64,000 bases of DNA from the NCBI GenBank assembly GCA_951406725.2, contig OX597825.1:47678001-47742000 (forward strand). Reading direction: 5' to 3'. Positions 13,914-26,258 of this stretch are shown in pieces. Source of the DNA: Octopus vulgaris. Lineage: Eukaryota. Position 1 is the first letter of the stretch, and each line of letters starts with the position of its first letter. Position numbers and translations under genes: made by a program. The notes under the pieces were generated by a model, which saw only the letters and a program-made list of their open reading frames with translations, was not told the DNA's origin and searched no databases.

Positions 13914-14275
13914 GATGCGGTAAATAAAATGTTGTCTTAATTACGGAAAAATGGAAATAACACTGACATCTCATTTTAACAGAAATATTTACCAAAATTA
14001 CATATAAATATATTGAAATACGAAAGAGTACTGTTACTCAATAAAATCACCATTGGCTTCAACTATGGCCTCCAGACAAGTTCGGAATCTCCTGCAACTC
14101 TGCTGGGTGGTTTCCTTGTTTAAGTTGGTGAATGTTGCCATAATCCTTGCCTTTAGTTCATCTTTGGTATTAGGAGTTTTGTTGGTCTCTCACTCAACTG
14201 CACCCCACACATAATAATCAAGAGTTGCAGTCTGGGGAGTTAATTAGCTAGATGTCAGGGGTGATGGGGTCGCCG
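13910..14275 (-). mobile_element. Tc1/mariner-superfamily (maT-like) transposase 3' fragment with terminal repeat
   Basis: NSPDCNS.DYYVWGAVE..TNKT.NTKDELKARIMATF..CLEAIVEANGDFIE*. The end TA|CAGGATGCGG sits at a (TA)n tract. Confidence 0.75.
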
Positions 14276-14907
14276 GCCGGGGGGTGATGTGTCTGATTTT
14301 TATCGCTCTCGGTGCATGTCCTCATATTACACAGTCCTCAGATTGACACTCAAGCACTCTGAAATGTTCGTATTGGAGCTTCCGGCGCGAATGTCAAACA
14401 ATACAGCATGTCGTTTCCAAAATTATGGCAGAATCAATTGCATCATGATCCTATTTTTCTCACAGACGGTACCCAAATGACCTTCATATACTGTGCAGAC
14501 AAAAAAAAAAAAACGTGCATGCGCGAAATTAAAAGTATAAAAAAAACACAATTTACCCATCGCACCCTGTATGTTTGTATACGAGTTTGGTGTGCGTGTG
14601 TGGGTGTGTGTTCGTTTGCGCGTGCGCATATGTGTGCATGTGGTGTGTGTGTGTGTGTGTGTGTGTGTGTGGTTGCACGTAACTATATGTGTGTATTTTT
14701 ATGGATGTCCAGGTGTCGGTTTGTTTACGCCCTTGCAACTTACCAATAGACGAAATACCATGCTTAAAGATAATTAAATACTGGTGTTAATTCGTTTAAC
14801 TGAAACTTTTGTAATGATTGACACGTGAAAAGATAGACACACACACATACATATATTCACACATTTGTACTTATTTATATATACACATATAAATTTATGC
14901 TCATATG

Positions 14908-14957
<50 letters not shown>

Positions 14958-15803
14958 CATATATATACATGTATAATGTACATTCATGCACAAACATACA
15001 TACAACTTCTCTAGAACTATTTCCAACTCTTTCAATGCGATACCTTCCCTGCTTCTTATCAGTTATACATTCTAGAAGCGATTTTATCATTTATACCTTC
15101 TAACCCTGTAAGTCTTTTAATGTTTCTTCATTCTACTTTGTTTATTTCAACTTCCCACTTTATGATAAGACACGACTTTTTCTTTGAACAAAAATTTACT
15201 TCGTGTACTATTAAGGCGGTTGAAATTTCAGGAAAAACATGCCATCCATAAATTTTACTATTCACACACAGAATTTTTCTGTAGCTTGGGAGTTTCGATG
15301 TGGCGGAAACGGTAAGCCACCCGAGTACCATATCTAGTTTACTTCAGAGTTGAAATCCTGTCTTGGTCGATTTGAAATTTAAAATAATATTCAAGAATTG
15401 GTTCAATCAGCAGGACTTCTTTTCCAAATTGCTCTCATACCTAATCAAAAGCGAAATATATATCTTTATTTTTTAGTTAAAAAATATTCTCACTAAAATA
15501 ATAAATAAAAATGAAGTGAAAATAAAGTCTTCTTATTTGCAAAGAGTCTATGAAATAACAAGATAAATTTCTCTTGAACAAGATGTTACTAACATTGTTT
15601 CCAACTTATCTTAATTGTTGACATTTAAATTAGGTTAATAAATAAAATATTGTAGCTTACCAAGAATAATTCAAGAAATTCCAAGAATCACAGTCTAAAT
15701 TCAAAACGTCTTTGCTTTTATTATTTTGATTCATAAATTATTTGTTTTTTAGTTGATTAGAAGTTGTAAGTCAATTGTGTCCGGGCTGGTATCTTGCCAG
15801 CTA

Positions 15804-17066
15804 CGAGGGGCGTTCAATAAGTAATGCCCCTGACCCACTTCCCATAGCAGTAGAGCAACGAAACTTGGCACAGTTATTAGTCTTTTTCTACATAGCAACC
15901 ACCCAGAGTTACGCATTTCTCCCATCGTTTGATGCGGCTCTGGAGACCGTTTTTGTAGAAGAACCCAGCTTGGTCCTCCAACCTCAACGTGACTTCAGAA
16001 ATCAAGGCAGCATCATCTGGGAAACGCTTTCCTTTCAAAAACAACTTCATGATTGGGAAGAGGTAAAAATCAGAGGGTGCAAGGTCAGGAAAGTAGGGTG
16101 GGGAGGAGTTCATAGCCATACGCCTGTGCTTCTGATCTGGCGACAAGCGAGTTGTGGACCGGAGCGTTGTCCTGCAGGAGGAGGATGCCTTTGCTGATCT
16201 TGCCCCGCCTCTTGATTTTGATAACTTCTCTTAATTTGCTCAAAAGTGAAGCATAATAGGCTCCTGCAATTGTGGTACCCTTTTGCCAGGAAATCTGTCA
16301 TCACTACTCCGTCCTGGTCCCAGAAGACTGTGAGCATGACCTTGCCAGCGGAGGGCTGCACCCTTGCCTTCTTTGGAGGGGGTGAGTCACGGTGCTTCCA
16401 CTGCATTGACTGGGCTTTGGTCTCTGGATCATCGTGATGGACCCAGGTTTCATCCTGTGTAATCAGTCTTTTGAAAAATTTTGACTCATCTTCTTGGCAC
16501 ATCTCCAAATTCACCCTCGAGCACTCGACGCATTCTTGCTTCTCAAAAGGCGTGAGCAACCTGGGAATCCATCTGGCAGACACCTTTTGCATATGCAAAT
16601 GGTCATGAAAGATAGTTTCCACAGACCCGGTACTAATCTTGACCTCATGGGCTATTTGGCGAATAATTATGCGTCGATCTTCCAAAATGGCAGCCTCAAC
16701 ATGACGGACAGATGCCTCATCAATGGCAGAAAGGGGGCGACCAGATCTGGGAGCTATTTCCACAGAGTTCCGACCATGTTTGAATTCATGATGCCAGCGT
16801 TTTACAAGGTCATATGATGGGGCATCATCACCATAAGTTACTTTCATTTCATCAAAAGTCTCCCGTGGTGTGCGTCCTTTCAAATACAAAAACCGGATCA
16901 CTGCTCGACACTCAACAGGCTCCATTTCACACTTGACTCGGTTCAAACACCTGTAAATCAGAAACCACAATTAATTCAGAGCTGTAATTTTCCACTTAAT
17001 CTATAGAGATATAAGTGATTGCACATGCAAACTTTCAGCTAGATCAAATAATTGCAAGTGGGTCAG
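15804..17066 (-). mobile_element. mariner (DD34D) transposon, near full length, one TIR truncated
   Basis: TA|CGAGGGGCGTTCAATAAGTAATGCCCCTGACCCACTT TIR at 15804. Only the inner aagtgggtcag part of the opposite TIR survives at ~17056-17066. Confidence 0.9.
15877..16925 (-). pseudogene. mariner transposase (HTH + DDD), two frameshifts
   Basis: MEPVECRAVIRFL..RSGRP..ARWIPRLLT..ITQDETWVHH..LLQDNAPVH..PYFPDLAPSDFYLF. Frameshifts near 16280 and 16100. Confidence 0.9.
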
Positions 17067-19600
17067 ATAATTGCAAGTACAGCCAGAATGAGATTCGGGT
17101 GTAATTTTGAGAGTCATAGATCTTTGTAACAAAGGATCAACAGCTAGACACGTCGTTGTTAGCAATTCTATTAATATCCTTTTACCAATCTCCTTTTATA
17201 TAAAGGCCACACGTGTGGAAAGTGAAATCAAAAAACTGGTAACCAGAATTATCTTTTGATGTGAATAATGAACCGTTGGTATCCAGTATATCGGAACTTT
17301 TTCAATGTCTGACGATAAAATTTTGCATAGAATAAGAACAATGAAAAGAAGCGAGGAGTACTTCAATTTTCCAAACCTTTATTCTAATGGCTCTCATTAA
17401 ATCAATGCAAAAGAACATTGATTTTGAGACATAACGCTTAGGACAATTGTAGTACATAGAACTGTTACAACTGAATTTTTGGGGACAGAATTGTTGCCAT
17501 CGAAATGGTTATAATGAAGTAAAGTTTTAGTGAGCATTTACAATTTTATATAGTAAAGACACTTCGTCTCCGTAAACCTAAGACATTCCGAAATTTCCTC
17601 TTTTGAAGTCATTTACGATTGTCGCCTGAACACGGTAAATGTAAAGTTGACAACAGCAAAGCTGTCGGCTGATCTTTATCCGATTAGCTCATGTCGGATA
17701 TACTTCTATCTCATATATCATCCTATAGACTAGAACTTTCTTGATGGTGTACATTGTTACAAAGTTCAGTTATGCTTTATATACTTCCCCATTGTTACAT
17801 TGTTGACTCATTAGCTGTTACCTGTGAACACATACTCTTCAAAGAAGTAATACAACCCGTCATTCTACGATAACCTTTTGCCTATAAAATTCATGCAAGC
17901 ACCTCCAAGATATGTCACAAACGGGAAAAGAATGAACGGTTAAAATTTTTCCCCTATGAGATATGATAAACTAGTCTCATTCAACAGCAAGCAGACACTC
18001 AATTCAACAGACATTACGTCATGTCTACTCCTGTCTAACAGAGATGTCCGACATATGTTAGTTATCACAATACCTAATTACGTTCCATGGTGATATTGTG
18101 TATGTATTTATAAATGTATGTTTATATGTATGTATATACACACACACACACATGCACACACACACACACACACATGCACTGGTGTTTGTTTTTATGTTCA
18201 ACTATAGCAAAAACAACTTTACATTAACCTGATTGGTGACTTTATACTTTTCTAGAGTACAAATTTATTATTTGGCTTTAACACTGGCCGAAACTTCAAA
18301 GTCGCTGCAATTGAAGAATTGGACTTTTCTGTTATATTTTCTGTAATGAACTGGAATATCTATGTTTCGAATTTCATCAAAATTGCAGATAAGGGTTAGT
18401 TCCCTCTTCACACACCCCATAAAAATTGTAATCGTGCCACATGTATCCCATACTACTGATTTTTATGCGCATATACCAAAATTCCAGTCTTATTGAACCT
18501 GTTAAAAAGATTTTGCTCCTGAGAGAGTTAAGGCCCCTGTTGGGGGTGGGCATCTTAATGTCAACCAGAGAAGTTGAATTGTTGAGAATCTTTTTAACTT
18601 GGGTCTTATATTTATTGTTTGAATTTCTTTGAAATAGGAAATATATGTTCACTGGGTTTGTAAAAGAGAGTAAAGCTACAGGAAACCAGAAGACGAATGA
18701 TCACAATAAGCAGTCAACTACCCCACCTCAGTCGTTACCACTCCTAATGTAGGATTCCTCACCATCCAGGTAACAGGCACAGCTGTAAGATGCATTACGA
18801 ATCTATAGCAATTGGAAGGACGTGACCCAACTGAAATCAACATTAACAACTGTGTGACGTGAGGGCTAAGGAGAAATGAAAGTGTCACCTCTGGAGTTTG
18901 CAAATGACCACTATACTGATATGTAGCTAGACAGAATAAATTTACAATCTATAAATGTCTTTGAATAACCAGTCACTCATCTGGGAAGGCCTCATCTGGG
19001 GACTATGTGTGACCCAGTGATAATAAAAAGACTGAAAGGAGGTCTGCAATCAAATAACTTTACTCAACACTTTGCAACTGAATCAGTGGAGGCAAAGATG
19101 CCTCTCATTTAATTGACAATTTATGCACCACATTGCAGAAATCACAATGTAATTGTATGTCAAAGCAAACTGTTACACTGTTGTACCATTGAATTACAAA
19201 TAATGCTCATCTTTTATGCTCGGGTAACCTTACAGCTTCAAAAAGCACAACTGTATTCGTTTTTGCTTAGATAAAATGACAAAATTGTGGGTGTTAAGTC
19301 CCCATGGAGGGGTCTTTCTGACTTGTAAGAAGATGAAATTTTATAAATTTTATAAATATTACTTCATTTGTGTCTAATATCAATGTTTAAAATTTCATCA
19401 ACAGCAAAAATATATGAATGTGCGAAACACAGAGACAAAGACACACACATACACTTACATATATACATACATATATATATACGATTGATTTGTTTCAGTT
19501 CCTGTCTACGAACTCCATAAATATATATATATATATATATATTTGTAAAAAAGAAGTTTGAAAACGCCACTATATTAGATAAATTTTAATTTTCTTATGA

Positions 19601-19645
19601 ATTTTACATGTTTCGGTTCTTGAAAAAACGAACCTTATCAAAAAT
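19601..19645 (-). ncRNA. minimal type I hammerhead motif with compensatory U3-A8 core
   Basis: attt-TTGATAA-ggttc-gttttttcaa-gaacc-GAAAC-AT-GTA-aaat. Confidence 0.65.
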
Positions 19646-20559
19646 ATTATAAAAAGTGCCATAGAAAAGTTTATAATCGTTTCTTACTGGTTTCAATAGA
19701 ATCCATGTGGTGGTGTTTTGTCGGTAGTTGGTATAATCGCTATATTACAGTTGAGTGTAGTGAAGAAGTTCATTATTGTTTCTTGCTGGTATCAAAAGGA
19801 ACCGTTTTTTTCCCTGTGTTCCAATGGAATAGTAGCAGCAGTAGTGATTGTTGGTCGTAGTAGTAGTAACCGTGGTGGTGGTTGGGGTCACAGCAGCTTA
19901 TTGGTTGTGGCTGTCCTAGCAGCAGAAGTAGGTCTAGTGGTTTAAATGGCAGTAGCAGCAGTTACTGTTGGTCGTAATTTTGGCAACCTTGGTGGTGGCT
20001 GGGGTTGTAGCAGTTAAGCTGTGGCCGTAGCTGCAGCAGCAGTAGAGGACTGTTGATCGTAGCAGCAATAGTAGTGACACTGTTCACTGGCACTGTTCAC
20101 TGACGTTACATAATTCCAAACCAATCAAAACCAAACTTCAACGAATACAAGGAAAAGACCCTTTAAGAGAACCAACGAACCGGAACGATCTATAACTGAA
20201 TCCTGCAAGGAAACCAACCAAGCAGAACGACAAGCTTGACCACGGAAGAAAAACGTCATCAATTTTTTAACGAATCAAAATCAGATCTGCTCGCAGAAAA
20301 AAATTTATAAATTCATCTTTCTCTAAAACATACCACTGCAAGCGGAAGCGACTGTTTAAAGATCTGAGAAACTGTAATTCCCCCCACCTCCACCTTTTTT
20401 TACTATTTTAATTCTCACACTGTGGCTGTAGCAGCAGCAGTAGAGGGCTGTTGATCGTAGCAGCAATAGTAGTGACCACGGTGGTTGTAGTAGTAGTGAT
20501 AGTGGAAGCAGTCGTAGTGGTCGTGGTGGTTGTGGTAGAATTTCATTTTTCCTTTTCGG

Positions 20560-21989
20560 AAGACCAATGTTTTGTTTTGATATTCCTGGCACATGGTGTT
20601 CAAACTTGGTCTAAATGTTTTGATGAAATGAAGTTCTTTATTTTGGCGTTAGGTGAAGGTTACGCTGTCACTGAATTTGTAAAGTAGGTAAGTTGTAAAT
20701 TTCGGATTTTCATTTGAAGCACATCTATCTATGTGTCCGCTGACTGGTATTTTCCGGTATTCAGGGTTTCTAATTTGGGATTTATGCACCGCCATCTTTT
20801 TACGTAAGCTATTTTTTGTATGGCCTATATACTGCCTATTGCAACCTGCGCATGTTAAGACGTAAATTAAGTTTTCTGATGCACAGGTAAAGTTTGTTCT
20901 AATGGTGAACTGATGGCCTTGTTCTAGTATAAATTCTGAACCTTCTACCAAGATGACACAGATTCCGCAGTTCGGCTTTCCACATTTTCTAACTGCTGGT
21001 TTTGTGGTTGATGTTGAGTGCAGTTTAGCTTGGGTTAAAATCCTTTTCAAGGATTTTGGTTGCCGTTTACTTTTAATGATGGTGTGTGTTTCGAGGATCC
21101 GGTTCATCTTTGGGTCTCCCTTTAGTAGGGCTGTGCTTTGTAGTATGGTGCTGAAGGCCTCATTGTTAAGTGGGTTGTGTGTAGAGATGTAGGGAAGGGT
21201 TTTTAATTTTTCTTTCTTTTTTGGTTTTGTTTGTCTCAGGTCTTCTATACTTAATTTGAGTGCCCGTTGGATTGCACTGTCAATTAGGGGCTGTGGATAA
21301 TTTCTATTTATGAGTGTAGTTCTAAGTTCCTGGAGACGTGTGTGTCGGGTGTTTGTGTCTGATATTATGGTGCAAATCCTTCTAGCTAAACAGAAAGGGA
21401 CATTTATTCTAGTGTGTCTTGGGTGGCATGAATCAAAGGGTAGGTACTGCTTGCAGTCTGTCGGTTTATAATAGATATCTGTCTCTATTTTGTTGCCGGC
21501 TTTCTTAATGAGGATGTCTAAAAATGGTAATTCTTCTTCGTTATGATCCATCGTGAACTGTATATTATCATTTATACCATTTAATAGTATTTTAAATTCC
21601 TCAAGTTTCTCTATACTTTTATCCCAGAGGATAAAGCAGTCGTCGAGGTATCTTTTCCAGTTGTTCTGGATATAGGTGGAGAAGGTGTTTCCATATTTCT
21701 CAAGTGTTATCTGGTAGAGTATTTTCTCGAGGTATCCAATCACTAGGTTGGCAAAAGAAGGCGCAGTACGCGTGCCCATCGCTGTTCCCGATCTTTGTCT
21801 GTAGAAATTATTGTCAAAAATAAGGTAATTGTTTTCTAAAATAAATCTAAGTCCTTCTATTATAAGTTCTTTATTTATGCGAGTTGGGAGTTCAAAGGAG
21901 TAGTTATTTAGCCAGAAAGTGATCGCTTCTATTCCTAGGGTGTGAGGGATGTTTGAATAAAGGTTAATTACGTCGAAGGATACTAGCAT
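20560..21989 (-). pseudogene. Penelope-like element ORF (RT + thumb + GIY-YIG endonuclease), Neptune-like, 5'-truncated
   Basis: 446-aa open frame: SFDVINLY, GTAMGT..APSFANL, WKRYLDDCF, LPFLDI, YYKPTD..SCHPRH, CxxxxCxxC..C..NLIYVLTCAGC.RQYIG. After a TAA it continues KELHFIKTFRPSLN. Confidence 0.92.
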
Positions 21990-23350
21990 GTATATGCTAT
22001 AAGGGGTTATTCTGATTATATATCTTAGAATATTAGCGTATTTTAACTTTTTACAATTAATTTCTTATAATTTAATTATTATAAACCGATGTTAACTTAG
22101 TATATATATATATTTATGTCTTTTGATAGACAAACAGTAACGGGTATTCTATACTTTATAATTTAGCGAATGTCTGAATAAAACATAGCGGTAAAGTTTG
22201 CGGACAGTTTTAGTTCTAAAATATTATGTTTACAAAAAATACGGTGTCATATGAATTATGTACCTTATGACAAATTACACTCTCTATCTGGATATATAAT
22301 TGTATGTATGTTTGCATTTACTGTTTTATGGACATATATGAGTGGATATATTTGTAAATACTTAGTTAATACCACGGCCATGGTGTCGTTGGGGTGTCTG
22401 GATGTCTGCATGTATGTATGTGCAATCGGTTGAGTTCCTCTGTTTTGCATGTATATAGTTGTGATACTACCTCTTATATTATTTATTTATTTATTTATGA
22501 TTTGGTTGTGTATGTGGGTATGTCTGTGTGTATGTGTGTGGGTGTGTGTGTGTGTGTGTATACATATAACTATGTATGTATGTGCGCATGATTTGTGGAT
22601 GTGCGTGCGCGTGTGTATGTTTCCTGGCTAAATAACCGTAAAATTTCCATTGTGATTCAAATTTAAACTATACGCCAATCGAATCTATCTATGAAAATCA
22701 ATACCATGCGGGCAGAGGAATTCGACTGATTGAGTATATATGTGGATATCCGCTTGCTTTGGATGGTACAAATAATGGTTGTCATTATTATTATTAATAT
22801 TAATATTAATTTTATTGACTTTTTGTGTGGTGACACATTTTAATAGATTGGACTGTTCAATATATATGCCTGCTTTAAATGTGAGTGTACATGTTGTATT
22901 TCCTTGATGTTGGTTATGGAACTGTGGAGTTCAATATGGAACACTATTGTGTTTGTTAATGTATATTGTTCTATATTGTTTATATTGTATTATTGTGTAT
23001 ATATATATATATATCTAGGAATATGAGTGTGTATGCACACATATTTATATTTATATGTAAATTTTTTTCATACTTACATTAAATTCTCTGAAGAGGCCGT
23101 GAGACATTCTTGTTAATGTCTCATTTATACCTGCTTTATATGGCTAATAGGTTAAATGGGACATACCTGTCTTCACGGCCGAAACAGCTGTCAGCTACAT
23201 TGTAAATGTATTTTCTATTTCTATTTTTATGTCTTGTTATATTTGTAATATATCAATGTATAATATCATTGCTGTGGTGTAATGGTTTAATAAAGTATTG
23301 ATTGGGTATTATCTGATGGTTGATGATTGATTTAGGTATGTTTCTCCATT
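21990..23350 (+). mobile_element. PLE pseudo-LTR-like segment in inverted orientation to the adjacent Penelope ORF
   Basis: Junction micro-palindrome tagcat-gtat-atgcta (21984-21999), a plus-strand hammerhead at 23084-23196, and an end in (TA)n. Confidence 0.55.
23084..23196 (+). ncRNA. type I hammerhead motif with enlarged stem II
   Basis: ct-CTGAAGA-ggccgtga..(~70 nt)..tcacggcc-GAAAC-AGCT-GTC-ag. Cleavage triplet GUC. Confidence 0.75.
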
Positions 23351-23388
23351 TTCTAATTTTGTATATATATATATATATGTGTGTGTGT

Positions 23389-23421
<33 letters not shown>

Positions 23422-23446
23422 GTATACACACACACAAACACACACA

Positions 23447-23497
<51 letters not shown>

Positions 23498-23769
23498 ATA
23501 CACATACACACATACACACACACAAAGCTAGATTGATAGATACAGCTGAGTGGGCAAGCAAAATATGAGACGCTGCCTAGTGTTTTATTTTGATAAGCCT
23601 GGTACTTATTCTATCAGTTTCTTCTTGTGAAACCAGTAAGTTATGGGGATGTAAATAAACGAACACCAATTGTGAAGCAGTTATGAAGGAGAAACACAAA
23701 CACACACACATAGACTTACATATATACATACATATATATACATCTATATATACATATCCATATGTATAC

Positions 23770-23841
<72 letters not shown>

Positions 23842-23857
23842 GTATATATATATATAT

Positions 23858-24280
23858 ATATTACATTTTATAAAGGGCTTAGTAAAATAAATTACTTTGC
23901 CACATACTGAACTCATTAGAAATAGCAGCCAAAAAAAAAAAATTTTTAGCCATTTCTAATACTTAAAGAAAATTTCTCTCAGATAGTGTTTACTCAAAAT
24001 AACCCACGAAGGTATGGGGGTAAAAACATTAAAAAATCACAAGTGCAAAGATTATTTGAGAACGTACGTTTCTAGATCAGCCAAATACAATTCGACATTT
24101 CTTTCGTCAGCTCAAAATTTCTTAATTCGGATTTGTAAACACTGAAAGTAGGAGCATACCCTTTTGGCGACTTTTCACCTCCGAAGATCCGTTCAAACTA
24201 ACAGTGCCAACAAATTCAAAATATGCAAGCGAAGAATTTCTGCCCTCCCCTTTTACTAAGCCCTTTATGAAATGTAATAT
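23858..24280. mobile_element. small element with ~30-bp inverted ends enclosing a hammerhead
   Basis: attacattttataaagggcttagtaaaa is inverted as ttttactaagccctttatgaaatgtaat. Confidence 0.7.
24055..24116 (-). ncRNA. type I hammerhead ribozyme motif
   Basis: tttgag-CTGACGA-aaga..gtcgaat/atttggc..tcta-GAAAC-GTAC-GTT-ctcaaa. 6-bp stem I and palindromic stem III. Confidence 0.8.
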
Positions 24281-24366
24281 TTTGAATTCGCCTTAAATGG
24301 TCCATTTACATACTGAATACTTGGTGAAATTGATTAATAATTAATTAATTTTACCCTCAATTGTTG

Positions 24367-24399
<33 letters not shown>

Positions 24400-24414
<15 letters not shown>

Positions 24415-24840
24415 AATTCAAATTGAAAATAATAACGGTGAAAAATAGAATACTAATCTGATTAATATGAATTGAAATCCAGTGGTGTAGCATATAAGAC
24501 CATAGCGGATCTTCTTCTAGCAAAATGGGTGTACACTGTTAATGGTTTATCCCTGTAATATAATAGTTTCACTTTTATAGTTTCAGTATTAAACTGAAAG
24601 CATCTGACATTACAATAGAAAGATGTTTTTGTTTCACTTTTAACACGTAATACTGAAATAGTGGAGAAGATATGATATTGCTGTGGGCTCGTCCTAGGCA
24701 AGAAGTTAAAACCTTTTTTGCCCATGACACTACATGGACCCTAAGTAAGGCGTGTGTAAAATTTGAATGAAATTGGTTGTGTAGTTCTCAATTTTTTGGG
24801 ATTCACACAGACAGACAGACATTCTTAGTTTTATATATAT
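24400..24840 (-). mobile_element. non-autonomous Helitron-like element, 5' part
   Basis: Near-identical to 27560-27799, the 5' part of the Helitron below, including acagacagac..gttttatatatat. Confidence 0.65.
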
Positions 24841-24858
24841 ATTTATAAACGCACACAC

Positions 24859-24916
<58 letters not shown>

Positions 24917-25266
24917 ATTCAATTTGATTTTCGCGGGAAGGATTGTTTTATTAAAGTCATGTATCGCCTTGACCTTCGAAACGTGGAGTACATGAAACAA
25001 AGGCGACTGAAGAAGGGGAATTTTCCTTGTTTTGTATGTCCTGTACTCTATTATTTCGTTGTTTAAGAAAAATGTCCATCTCCTTGGTTTTGTGTTTATG
25101 TTTTTGTTTCTCATTGTGTTCGACGTTTTTTGGTGTCCTGTACCCATATATGCATGTATATATACATGTAGAGGTAGGTACGTACATATATGTATGTATA
25201 TATGCATATGTTTTTATTTATTAATTATGACGGAACGCAAGCATCCATTTCTAAGTAAGATTGTTC

Positions 25267-25310
<44 letters not shown>

Positions 25311-25344
25311 TGTAGCGTGGCAGCACACTTGCTATGCAAGTACA

Positions 25345-25800
25345 TCTCCGTAATATACATATGACACAACAACACGAAGCCGGCTGTTCCTGCAGAGATA
25401 AAGACTTGTGCGCATTAAATGGAGACTGTATGATTGAGGCCATTATTTATGAAGCCACCGCAAATTCCACGAACGCTAATAACACAGTTTCATCCAAGAG
25501 ATATGTGGGTCTCACAGAGGGAAATTTCAAGTCAAGATTGAACAATCACACCTTAAGCTTCAGACGCTGGAATAAACGAAAAACTCCCAAATTATTCAGT
25601 GATATTTGGTTCTTAAAAGAACACGGTGTCAACTACAGGATTTACTGGAAGAGCTTAGTCAAGTGTAAACCTTATTTATACCAACAGTGGTGGCAACTGT
25701 GGTCTTTGTAATATGAAAAGATAGCTCATCTAGAAAAGTTCCTTAGACCCTGCTACATGTTTAAATTCAAGAACTGAACTTTTTGGTTCATATCCCTATG
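25345..25800 (+). pseudogene. PLE GIY-YIG endonuclease fragment (probably Nematis-type)
   Basis: CSC..CALNGDC..AIIYEA..RYVGLTEGNFKSRLNNHTLSF..IWFLKE..IYWK..KCKPY..CGLC..EK..LNSRTEL. Confidence 0.8.
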
Positions 25801-26004
25801 TTACAAAATTCCTGTTACGGTTTTGGGCCCCCAAGATCACGGCTAGAATCCACATTCCTACTATGTGCCTGTAAAAACTTTCTCATATGTTTTCACGTCC
25901 ATTAATTTTTAATGTTTTTATATTTTATATATATATTTTCATATTTTCATTTTACCTTTTTAATTGTGTACGTATGTACGTAATGAGTATATGTATATAT
26001 ATAC

Positions 26005-26238
26005 ATAACGGAGTAAACACATAAATGTGAAACAAGGTGGAAAAAAGAGTACTCAAATACCAGTGGTAGAGTAATATGCTTTATTTAAAGCAGCAGAAAA
26101 TTCAACAAAACCTGTTACTCTGAGTTTCACGTTCCCGTTCGTCGGACAGTTTTTTTTGCTAGAAAACTGTCCGACGAACGGGAACATGAAACTCAGAGTA
26201 ACAGGTTTTGTTGAATTTTCTGCTGCTTTTAAATAAAG
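26005..26238. mobile_element. hairpin element with two inverted hammerhead-like motifs (CCGACGA core)
   Basis: 26079-26238 is a near-perfect palindrome. Each arm reads ctgt-CCGACGA-acg-ggaa-c(g/a)t-GAAAC-TCAGA-GTA-acag. Confidence 0.8.
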
Positions 26239-26258
26239 TATATATATATATATATATA

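Noticed and set aside
17100-19330. Possible decayed retroelement coding sequence
   Set aside because: No diagnostic motif could be read with confidence.
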